Positions 8,550 to 16,656 of a stretch of DNA of 64,000 nt are shown piece by piece. The stretch lies in contig CAMDNQ010000013.1 in NCBI GenBank assembly GCA_945903265.1, positions 14,096 through 78,095 of the forward strand, read 5' to 3'. Below the pieces are notes generated by a model that searched no databases, was not told the origin of the DNA, and was given only the letters and a program-made list of their open reading frames with translations. Source of the stretch: Candidatus Sulfopaludibacter sp. SbA3. Lineage in GTDB: Bacteria > Acidobacteriota > Vicinamibacteria > Vicinamibacterales > UBA2999. Position numbers and translations under genes: made by a program. How positions within the stretch are numbered: position 1 is the first letter of the stretch; the number at the start of each line of letters is the position of its first letter.

Positions 8550-11275
8550 GCGCTGGCCGCCTTGCGCGGGATGTCGGCTTTCGCGGTTCTCGTGCGGAGC
8601 TTCTTGATGCTCTGTTCCAGGCGCTCCGCGAGCTCGCGCTCCGCCCGGAGCGACTGCAGCGTGTTCTGCACTTCCTGCATCGTGAAGTCGATGCTGGCCA
8701 TCTTCTCCGTCAGCAGGTCGATCGCCGACTTCTGCTCGCTCAGCGTCTCCAGGTTCACACTCACGTCATCCAGCAGGTTGGAGATCAGGTTCGCTTTGGT
8801 CTGGACCTCGTCCACCGTGTGACGCCGCGCTTCGATCGCCGACAGCTTCTCCTCGGTGACGGACGCGGTGGCCAGCATGGTCTCGATCTGCTGCTTGACC
8901 GTCGTCACTTCCTCGCGATGATCGCTGACGAACTGCAGGTCGGCCTTGCTGCGCGCGCTGACCAGGTGGACGCTGTCGACCTGCGCCTTGACGGCGGCGA
9001 CGATCGCTTCGCGCTCGATGATGGTCTTGATGGTCTGGTCGAGCCCCGCCGCCTTGTCGACCACTTCCGCCACCTTCGATTCGACGGCGGCGACCTTCTT
9101 TTCTGAGAAGATCGCCTGCGCACGGCGCTGTTCGAGCTGGCGGAAGAGCGCTTCGGCGCGCTTCAGCTGATCCTCGGTGGCGTTGACCTGCGCGCCCACA
9201 TCCCGCTGGCGCGTCTGCACGCGTGCGAGCTCGGAGACCAGCTCCTCCTTGGCGGCGCCGGCGCGGGCGAGCTCCTCGCTCAGGCCCTGCGTCTGCTTCA
9301 TCCGCTCGTTGGCCTCAGCCACGAGCGTGCGGCCCAGGTCGACGCTTTCCGCGAGACGCGCTTCCTGTTCACGCACCACCGTCTCGTCGCGCTTCACATC
9401 GAGGATCTGCGCGTGGATGCGCTGCGCCTGCTCTTCGAGCGACGTGAGGCGATCGATCACGGGCAGCAGCTTCTTCTGGCGGGCCGCCACGGCCTCGACC
9501 TTCTGCTGGGCGTCGAGGGTCTGTGCAATCACGGCGTCGCACTGGCTCTTGACGGTGTCGAGCTCACCGCGCCGCTCGATCTGCTCGGTCAGCTTCGCAT
9601 CGACGTCGCCGGCCAGCGCGCGCAGCGAATCGACGCGCGTCTCGAGCTTCTCGACGAACTGCATGCGTGACGCGACCTGCGTGATCTGGGCGTCGAGGTG
9701 GCTCGAGATCTCGCCGAGGCGCGATGTCTGCCTGACGCCCTCGTCCACGAGCGCGAGCTTGCCGTTGATCGCGTTGAGGGTCGCGTCGAGCTGCGGCGTC
9801 CGCGCCATGAATGCCGTCATGCGCTCGCTGAAGCTTTCGAGCGCCGTGCGATCGCCCGACAGCTTGTCGCGGAGCTGCGTCATGTCGGCATAGGACTTAT
9901 GGAAGTCCTGGATCTGCTGCCGCAGGGCATCGAGATCCTGACGGCCGCGGAGCAGGGCGTCGTGCTGCTGCGCGGTGCGCTTCGACAGCTCGTCCACCTG
10001 ACCGAGCCGCTCGTGCAGCGTCTCGAGGGTGGCCTGTTTTTTCGAGAGGTCATCCGCGTGCGTCGCCAGTCCCTGGAAGTCCTTGTTGAGAACGTCCACT
10101 TTCTGGTGGAGCTGCGACAGGCTGCGCTCCTTGATTGCGAGCGCCTCCATCCGCGCTTCGGCCTCGGCCGCCGTGCCCTGGAGGGCGCGAAGCCGGGTTT
10201 CGAGCGCGTCGATGTCTTTCTTCTCGAGCGACACCCGATCGAGCGAGGCGCGCAGGCCGTCCATCAGCGTGCGGCCATCCTTCTCGAACCGGACGGACTG
10301 TCTCGCGAGATCGTCGCGCGCCTTGGTGATCGCATCGACCGTGACGTTGGTCTGCTGGACGAGCGCCTCGATGCGGCCGACGGTCTCTTCGCTCTTGTGG
10401 GCGTCTTTGAGCGCCTCGTTCAGCTTGTTGATCTGGACGTCCATGCTCCAGACCATCTCGTTCAGCCGGTTGGCTTCGAGGACCGCGCGCTCGACGGTGT
10501 GCTTCTGGCCCTCGAGCGCCTTGGCCTTCTGGGAGACGTGCTCGGCGAGGGCGTTGAGGCCGGAGAGTTTCTCCTCGGTGGTCTTGCTCAGCTCCTGGAG
10601 CTGCATCAGGGGACCGAGCTTCTTCTCGAGGTCCTTGACGGTCTCGGCCGCCGCGGCTGAATCCTCACGCACCTCGCGGGAGGTCTCGCGCAGCCGCGCG
10701 TAGTCCTGCGCCAGCTGTCCCGCGGTCCCGCGCACCTGGTCGAGCTCGCCTTTGACGCCGGCCGCCTGCTTCAGCGTCGTTTCGATTTCCTGCTGCGACT
10801 GGCGGAGCTGCTTGCGGAAGTCCTGGAGGGTCGTCTGCTCGCGCTTGAGGGCTTCGATGCTCGCCTGCGCCTCGAGGGCGTGCGAGGACAGCTGCTGGAT
10901 CGACTGGCGGTGCTTCTGGATTTCGCTGTCGGGGGCGATCAGCTTTTCGGCGCTCTCCTGGGCCCCCTTGGCGGTGCCGAGCAGCGCCTCGATGCGCGTG
11001 TCGATGTCCGCGAAGCTGCGGAGCCGATCTTCCAGCCCGGCGACGCGCGTGTCGACCTCCGCGATCTTGCCGGCGGCGGCGACGGTCTTTTCGTCCACCT
11101 CGCCCAGCGACTTGCCAATCTGGGTGAGGCGCGAGCTGCGCATGGTGATCTGCGTCAGCATCGTGTTGAGCGCGCTGCGTTCTTCCTTGGCAGCGGCGAT
11201 CAGCGTCTGGAACTCGTCGGCCTGCTTCTGGGCAGCCTTGTTGCCGCCGGTGAGGCCTTTAAGCGCATCAAGCAT
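8546..11275 (-). CDS. 909-aa all-coiled-coil protein
   Basis: The start is MLDALKG with GGGGAAG upstream. The sequence has heptad-like E/K/Q/L/A-rich composition almost throughout. There is no signal peptide, TM segment or enzymatic motif. Confidence 0.8.
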   Translation of the reverse strand: MLDALKGLTGGNKAAQKQADEFQTLIAAAKEERSALNTMLTQITMRSSRLTQIGKSLGEVDEKTVAAAGKIAEVDTRVAGLEDRLRSFADIDTRIEALLGTAKGAQESAEKLIAPDSEIQKHRQSIQQLSSHALEAQASIEALKREQTTLQDFRKQLRQSQQEIETTLKQAAGVKGELDQVRGTAGQLAQDYARLRETSREVREDSAAAAETVKDLEKKLGPLMQLQELSKTTEEKLSGLNALAEHVSQKAKALEGQKHTVERAVLEANRLNEMVWSMDVQINKLNEALKDAHKSEETVGRIEALVQQTNVTVDAITKARDDLARQSVRFEKDGRTLMDGLRASLDRVSLEKKDIDALETRLRALQGTAAEAEARMEALAIKERSLSQLHQKVDVLNKDFQGLATHADDLSKKQATLETLHERLGQVDELSKRTAQQHDALLRGRQDLDALRQQIQDFHKSYADMTQLRDKLSGDRTALESFSERMTAFMARTPQLDATLNAINGKLALVDEGVRQTSRLGEISSHLDAQITQVASRMQFVEKLETRVDSLRALAGDVDAKLTEQIERRGELDTVKSQCDAVIAQTLDAQQKVEAVAARQKKLLPVIDRLTSLEEQAQRIHAQILDVKRDETVVREQEARLAESVDLGRTLVAEANERMKQTQGLSEELARAGAAKEELVSELARVQTRQRDVGAQVNATEDQLKRAEALFRQLEQRRAQAIFSEKKVAAVESKVAEVVDKAAGLDQTIKTIIEREAIVAAVKAQVDSVHLVSARSKADLQFVSDHREEVTTVKQQIETMLATASVTEEKLSAIEARRHTVDEVQTKANLISNLLDDVSVNLETLSEQKSAIDLLTEKMASIDFTMQEVQNTLQSLRAERELAERLEQSIKKLRTRTAKADIPRKAASA

Positions 11276-11483
11276 GGATCTTCCCCTTGCAGAGTCTGGT
11301 GGAGCAGAGAGGATAACGGCAGAGCGGGGCCCGCTCAAGGGTTGTCTGCCACTTTATTTTCCGGAATTGCACGGCTCTGCGCTTGTCCAAGCGCGTATCC
11401 CGGCGCGCGCACGCGCTGCTCGACTGTTTCCGGGGTCGTCCTGCTGTGCTCGACACGGGCCTTACACTGAATAAGTCCCTCGA

Positions 11484-12473
11484 ATGCAAAAGGTTATGCG
11501 TATCCGTCCTGTTGTGTGCGCCCTCGTATTCAGCATCATCACGCCGGCCATGCCGGCGGACGCCGGCTCCTCGGCCGACCATGTCGAGGCCCTCGACCGC
11601 ATGATGGTGTACCTGACGCCAGAAAACGCGCGCGCGTCCGCCACCATCCGCCGGGTCTATCGCGATCATCTCGACCTGCTGGCGCTGGATGGATTCAAGG
11701 ATCTCGAAGGCGCGCTGGCCAACGGCGGCGTGGCGCCCCTTCCCGAAGACCCGGCGCGCTTCAATCTGATTCCGCGCCTGGACGGCCCACACCCGATCGG
11801 CGAGAAGGATCTGCGGAACCAGGCGAGCTACCTCGCCGCGCGCCCGGCGACGCTCGGCGTCCTGCTGGAGCTGGCGGCGCGCGTGACGTCAGGCCCGGTG
11901 GAAATCACGAGCCTCGTGCGCCACGGCGCGTACCAGGAAGCGCTGCGCGCGACGAATGCCAACGCGTCGACGTCGCTCCCCATGCACACGATGGGGCTGG
12001 CGTTCGACATCGCGCTGGTGAACACGCCGCTGGAGACGGTGTACGAGATTCGAAGGGTGCTGCGCGGGATGCGCGATGCCGGCGACCTTCTGTTCATCGG
12101 GGAACGCAAGCAGCTGGTGTTCCACGTGGTGCCGCACCCGGCCCGCCTGGGGCACTTCAACGACGTCTATACGCGTGCGATGGGAGCGCCGTCGGCGAAC
12201 CGGGCATCGGTCGTCGTCGCGGAGCTGAGCGAGACCGCCGCGCGGCCAAGCGGTCTGGCGACCGTCGTCACAGAGGTCGTCGCCATCGCTCCCGGCGACG
12301 ATCGCCTGCTCCACGAATGGGACACCGCGCTCCGTGCCGTCGAGCCGGTGCCCGTTGACGAGACCTTCGCCGCGAACGCCGGCATGACCTCCGGCGCCGC
12401 GATGCTCGCCCGCGGTCTCCTCGCGCTCATCGCCGCGCTCGGCACGGCGGCCTATCGCATCTTCGCGACGTGA
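11484..12473 (+). CDS. exported peptidase M15-like (DUF5715-like) protein with C-terminal TM anchor
   Basis: It has a signal peptide and the blocks SLVRHGAYQ and HTMGLAFDI, which resemble the zinc-ligand blocks of VanY/M15-type peptidases. The C-terminus is hydrophobic. Confidence 0.65.
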   Translation: MQKVMRIRPVVCALVFSIITPAMPADAGSSADHVEALDRMMVYLTPENARASATIRRVYRDHLDLLALDGFKDLEGALANGGVAPLPEDPARFNLIPRLDGPHPIGEKDLRNQASYLAARPATLGVLLELAARVTSGPVEITSLVRHGAYQEALRATNANASTSLPMHTMGLAFDIALVNTPLETVYEIRRVLRGMRDAGDLLFIGERKQLVFHVVPHPARLGHFNDVYTRAMGAPSANRASVVVAELSETAARPSGLATVVTEVVAIAPGDDRLLHEWDTALRAVEPVPVDETFAANAGMTSGAAMLARGLLALIAALGTAAYRIFAT

Positions 12474-12496
12474 GATGATCGGGTCCGAGGACCCGA

Positions 12497-13252
12497 TTGT
12501 TCCCCTACCACGACGAGAATCAGACCCAGCGCACGCCCTACGTCACCTTTGCGCTGATCGCGATGAACTGCGCCGCGTGGTTGATGGTGCAGGGCGCGGG
12601 AGGTGAGCTCGCGCTGGCGCAGTCGGTCTGCGACCTCGGCCTCATTCCCGGCGAGCTGATGGAAACGATCCCGCCCGGCACTCCGTTCCCGATGGGGGAG
12701 GGCGTCGCGTGTCTCACCGATCCCGGTCCGCAGTATTCGCACGTCGTGACGTCGATGTTCCTTCACGGCTCGTGGATGCACCTGCTCGGGAACATGTGGT
12801 TCCTGTGGCTCTTCGGCAACAACGTCGAAGACTCGATGACGCGTCCCCGCTACGTGGCGTTTTATGTGCTGGCAGGCATCGGCGCCGCGCTCGCGCAGGT
12901 CTTCGCGAATCCGATGTCTGAGGTGCCGATGGTCGGCGCGTCAGGCGCCATCAGCGGTGTGATGGGTGCCTATCTCGTGCTGTTCCCACGGGTTCGCGTG
13001 TACACGATGATTCCGCTCGGGTTCTTCCTGCAGCAGGTGGCGCTGCCCGCCTGGGTGATGCTGATCTACTGGATGTTCCTGCAGTTCGCCGGCGGCATCA
13101 TGAGCATCGCGGCAGAGCAGGGCGGGGGAGTGGCGTTCTGGGCGCACATCGGCGGGTTTGTCGCCGGTGTCGTGCTGGTGAAGATCTTCGAGCGGCGGGG
13201 ACGCGTTGCGGCCCACACCGCCGAACGCTGGGCCCCGCGTGAATTGAAGTAG
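12497..13252 (+). CDS. rhomboid family intramembrane serine protease
   Basis: It carries HLLGNMWFLWLFG (HxxxN) and GASGAISGVMGAY (GxSG) in a six-helix membrane protein. Confidence 0.9.
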   Translation: MFPYHDENQTQRTPYVTFALIAMNCAAWLMVQGAGGELALAQSVCDLGLIPGELMETIPPGTPFPMGEGVACLTDPGPQYSHVVTSMFLHGSWMHLLGNMWFLWLFGNNVEDSMTRPRYVAFYVLAGIGAALAQVFANPMSEVPMVGASGAISGVMGAYLVLFPRVRVYTMIPLGFFLQQVALPAWVMLIYWMFLQFAGGIMSIAAEQGGGVAFWAHIGGFVAGVVLVKIFERRGRVAAHTAERWAPRELK

Positions 13253-14311
13253 CTAGTCCGGCAGGGGACCGACGTACTCGACCTGTAGTCGGCTCCCGGC
13301 AGTCCCGACAGGGGTGGCACCTGTGGGCGAAATAGGCAGCGGGAGTCCCCACGGGAGATAGGCGTTCGTTGCGGTGGCGCCCACTAGCGCATGCACCTCG
13401 AACGTGTCGCCTGCGTTCAGTGGCCACGTAACATCGGCGGACTGGTCCCTCAGGAAACCGGATGACGTCGACGCAATGCCGGTCTGTCCCACTGAAACCG
13501 CGTGCCCGTTGACAACAACGCGGACAGCAATGACGGCCGCCACGCTTGTCGACCAGTACGTCAGACGGTAGAGCCCGCCTGTCCGGGCCGTGAACACGCC
13601 AGAAGGCGTGACATCGATGTGGCCTGCAGCCGTACTGAAGTCGTCGGTAGAATCCGTGCAGTACCTGATCCACGTTCCCACGCCGCCGCTTCCGGCGGTG
13701 CTGCAGCCACCGGACCAGATGACGGGAGTGGCCGCCCCGCCGCTTCCGACAAGCCCGCCGACAGTCGCTTCGAGTTCCTGCAGCGAGGTCTCGAGCGCAT
13801 CGACGCGGGGCGACAGATCGCCGTCCAGCGTGTTCAGGTCAGTTCGCACGCCCGCGATCTGTTGTTCGACCTCCGCTTTCGCGTCCGCAATTTCGGCGAC
13901 GAGGGCCGCCATGCCGCGCGCTTCGACCGCGTCGATTGCCGCGCGAATCTCAGTGAGCTGATTGTTGACACCGGCGAACCGGGTGTCGGTCGCCGACTGG
14001 AACCCACCGAACTGGCTCTCGAGTCCGCCAAGCCGGCCGTTCAGGTCATTGATCTGCCCCTGTAGACCGCTCAGACCCGCAACCGTGGCGCTCAACGAAT
14101 TGAGCTGCGTCTGAAGCGCGGCGAGCTGTGTCTGGAGCGCCGCAAAATTCGGCAGCGTGGCGATCTGCGCAAGGACCGCGTCGACGACCGCCTGCACACT
14201 CGCGATGCTGCCGGGCACGCCGTTCGAATTTCCCCGGTTGCCCTGGGCATCTGCCGCCGGCGCCACCATCATGCACGCCACCGCGAATGCGAACGTTCTC
14301 ACGCGAAGCAT
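13253..14311 (-). CDS. exported coiled-coil stalk protein with C-terminal C1q/TNF-like jelly-roll head
   Basis: It has a signal peptide, then about 170 aa of Q/L/A-rich coiled coil (LQTQLAALQTQLNSL...). The C-terminal roughly 155 aa contains FTARTGGLYRL, matching the C1q core F-x5-G-x-Y-x-[FL]. Confidence 0.8.
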   Translation of the reverse strand: MLRVRTFAFAVACMMVAPAADAQGNRGNSNGVPGSIASVQAVVDAVLAQIATLPNFAALQTQLAALQTQLNSLSATVAGLSGLQGQINDLNGRLGGLESQFGGFQSATDTRFAGVNNQLTEIRAAIDAVEARGMAALVAEIADAKAEVEQQIAGVRTDLNTLDGDLSPRVDALETSLQELEATVGGLVGSGGAATPVIWSGGCSTAGSGGVGTWIRYCTDSTDDFSTAAGHIDVTPSGVFTARTGGLYRLTYWSTSVAAVIAVRVVVNGHAVSVGQTGIASTSSGFLRDQSADVTWPLNAGDTFEVHALVGATATNAYLPWGLPLPISPTGATPVGTAGSRLQVEYVGPLPD

Positions 14312-14394
14312 CTGTCAGCCTTTCAGTTGGGGTCGGAATTCGAGCGACAGTATAGCCACTGGTGGGTTAGGAGCGACATGTGCCGGATCCGCAC

Positions 14395-14436
14395 AGCGAA
14401 AGAAAAAGGGGTGAGCGGAAGACCGCTCACCCCTTT
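14395..14436 (-). terminator. intrinsic terminator of the 14497-16647 gene
   Basis: On the minus strand, the stem GGGGTGAGCGG / CCGCTCACCCC with a 4-nt loop is followed by TTTTTCTTTC. Confidence 0.75.
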
Positions 14437-14437
14437 C

Positions 14438-14490
14438 AGTGCCTAGTGCCTGGTGCCAGGTGCTTGGGGCGTGCCTGGTGCCTGGTGCTT
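14438..14490. repeat. 7-nt-period degenerate tandem repeat (GTGCCTn; GGCACCA on the transcribed strand)
   Basis: The sequence is agtgcct agtgcct ggtgcca ggtgctt ... gtgcct ggtgcct ggtgctt. It lies between the stop codon (14497) and the terminator hairpin. Confidence 0.65.
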
Positions 14491-14496
14491 CGTTCG

Positions 14497-16647
14497 CTAC
14501 TTCGCCAGCGGATTCGGGCGAATCTGGAAGTGGACCGCGAAGGGCTTGGTCCCCTTGCCGCCTTCGAGGAGCCATGGCGTCCGGTCGCCGTTAGCGGCCC
14601 AGATTCCGCGGCCCTTCCAGCCCGCCTTCGGATCGTCGATGCGGCCGTCGAGACCCTTCGCGTAGAAGCCCATTGGGTACGGCACGCGCAGCGTGACCAT
14701 CTGGCCGTCCTTCACGGCGATCAGTCCGTCGTTCAGATTGCCCGTCGCGACCGGGACGTTCTCGCCGAGGCCCAGCGTGTTGTGCTGGTCCACCCACGAG
14801 TAGTAGCTCGACTCGGCGCTGTTGTCGCCGATGCCGCGGAAGCCCGGGCCAGGGAACTTGTGCAGCGTCCAGCCCTCGGGGCAGTGGTCGCCGGTCGCCT
14901 TCGGGCCGCTGAGCGGACCCTTGCACTTGCGCCGATCGAAGGCGCCGAAGTGTCCGCTCGCCAGCGACACCCAGACGACGCCGTTCTTGTCGATGTCGCC
15001 GCCGCGTCCGCCGAAGCCGGGCGCCGGGACGTTGTAGATCTCCGTGATTGCGGTTTCTGACGGATTCGAGCCGGGTACCACGCGCACGACCGCGCCGGGG
15101 TTGGTCCAGTAGGTGCCCCAGATCGACCCGTCCAGCGGGCTCGGCATGACCGCGTAGAAGCCGGCGTTCACGCGCTTGTCCTTGGTCGGATCCACCGGCT
15201 GATCGGGTTCGACATACGCGTCGCGCTTGCCGTTGCCGTTCGTGTCGAGGACCATCGCCGTCCAGCCCTGCGACCGCACGATGTCGCCGGTCTGGTCGTA
15301 CATCTTCGTGTTGATCCAGCCGAGCACCGGACCACCGCCGCTGAACCAGACCGTTTCATTCGCGTCGTATCCGAACTGCGGATGGTGCGTCCCGAAGCAG
15401 AGATCCAGGAACGTGTATTTCTTCGTCTTCGGATCGAAGAGGCCCGCCTGGCGCGTGCTGCGCTCCATCGGGAAGGCCTTCGCCGACGGGTGGGTCGAGC
15501 CCTGCCTGCAGTAGGCGGGATTCTCGGGCGAGCGGTTCGCCGCCGTCATCCAGACGCGTCCCTGCCGATCGAGCATGGAGTTGTGGTTGTTGACGTGTGT
15601 ATCCCACGTCCGCCTGTTCCCCCAGTACGCGGACGGCTGCAGCGGATCGAGCGCCGCCGCGTGTCCCGGCCCGAGCGCCAGCGGCGCATCTTCGCTGACC
15701 GGTATGCGGAACGTCGTCCAGGTGTTCTTCACCGGATCGAGGATCGGAATCTCGTCGGAGGAGTACTCCGGTGACCCGTACAGCGGGCCGTAGCCATTGA
15801 CCGTCGGATTGCGGCGGTCGCTCGAGATCAGGTCGTGGAGGTACTTGTCTTCGTAGTACCAGTCGCGCAGCGTCACGACGAGGTTGCGCTCCGCACCCTG
15901 CGGGCGGGGCGGCGTCGCGAACGGCAGCTCGCCGGCCTTGATGCGATCGGTCCAGTCCGCGAAGTTGCGGATCGAGGCGGATCCCAGCGCGGAGAGCTGG
16001 CCCATCATCTGCGGGCCGGACTGGCCCGACTGCACACGGCGGATCCACGCATCCTGCGACGACAGGTGCGCGAAGTCTGCGGGCATCGTCCGCGTCGACA
16101 GCTGCCCGAGCTGGTGGCAGCCGACGCAGCCGCTGTTCTTCATCGAGTACAGCCACCGCTGCTGGTTGACGTTGTTGGCGATCCCGCTGGCCGCCGGGTT
16201 GGCGAACTCGGCCTCCGTCGGAATCTTCAGCATCGAATACCAGTAGATGGCGGGGTAGTACTGCGCGGCGGCGGCCGGCGTCGGCGCGACCTTCGCGGTG
16301 ATGTTGACGATGCGGCCCGGGGCCGTTGTCGTCTTGTCGCTGTCAACCAGCCCATACCCGCGCGCCCACACCGTGTAGTTCGCCTTCGGCAGATCCGGCA
16401 GCACGTAGCGGCCCTGATCGTCGGTGACGACGCTCTTGATGTAGCGCGACTGCATGTCGCGGGTTTCGGCAATGACCCAGACGCCGGCTTCCGGCCCCTT
16501 CGGTCCGGTGACGACGCCGCCGATGTCGTCAGGGTCGATCTGCGGCGCCGCGGGCGCCTGGGCGTGCGACACCGTGAGGACCATCGTGGCGATCAGAGCA
16601 ATGGTCGCAGCCCCGAGGAACAATCGAAGTATTCGATTCACGCGCAT
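14497..16647 (-). CDS. exported CarboxypepD_reg-like domain protein with a single CxxCH heme-c motif
   Basis: It has a signal/anchor, a CarboxypepD_reg-like block (GVWVIAETRD...DDQGRYVLPDLPKANYTVWA), then NSGCVGCHQLG. A roughly 480-aa Gly/Trp/Asp-rich C-terminal region is propeller-like by composition. Confidence 0.85.
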   Translation of the reverse strand: MRVNRILRLFLGAATIALIATMVLTVSHAQAPAAPQIDPDDIGGVVTGPKGPEAGVWVIAETRDMQSRYIKSVVTDDQGRYVLPDLPKANYTVWARGYGLVDSDKTTTAPGRIVNITAKVAPTPAAAAQYYPAIYWYSMLKIPTEAEFANPAASGIANNVNQQRWLYSMKNSGCVGCHQLGQLSTRTMPADFAHLSSQDAWIRRVQSGQSGPQMMGQLSALGSASIRNFADWTDRIKAGELPFATPPRPQGAERNLVVTLRDWYYEDKYLHDLISSDRRNPTVNGYGPLYGSPEYSSDEIPILDPVKNTWTTFRIPVSEDAPLALGPGHAAALDPLQPSAYWGNRRTWDTHVNNHNSMLDRQGRVWMTAANRSPENPAYCRQGSTHPSAKAFPMERSTRQAGLFDPKTKKYTFLDLCFGTHHPQFGYDANETVWFSGGGPVLGWINTKMYDQTGDIVRSQGWTAMVLDTNGNGKRDAYVEPDQPVDPTKDKRVNAGFYAVMPSPLDGSIWGTYWTNPGAVVRVVPGSNPSETAITEIYNVPAPGFGGRGGDIDKNGVVWVSLASGHFGAFDRRKCKGPLSGPKATGDHCPEGWTLHKFPGPGFRGIGDNSAESSYYSWVDQHNTLGLGENVPVATGNLNDGLIAVKDGQMVTLRVPYPMGFYAKGLDGRIDDPKAGWKGRGIWAANGDRTPWLLEGGKGTKPFAVHFQIRPNPLAK

Positions 16648-16656
16648 ACATCCTCA

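Noticed and set aside
14438-14490. Short-period repeats as a CRISPR array or a minisatellite-encoded peptide.
   Set aside because: The units are only 6-7 nt with no spacers, which is far below CRISPR repeat size. No cas genes are present. The plus-strand ORF 14453-14665 crossing the repeats (PGAWGVPGAW) is antisense to a real gene.
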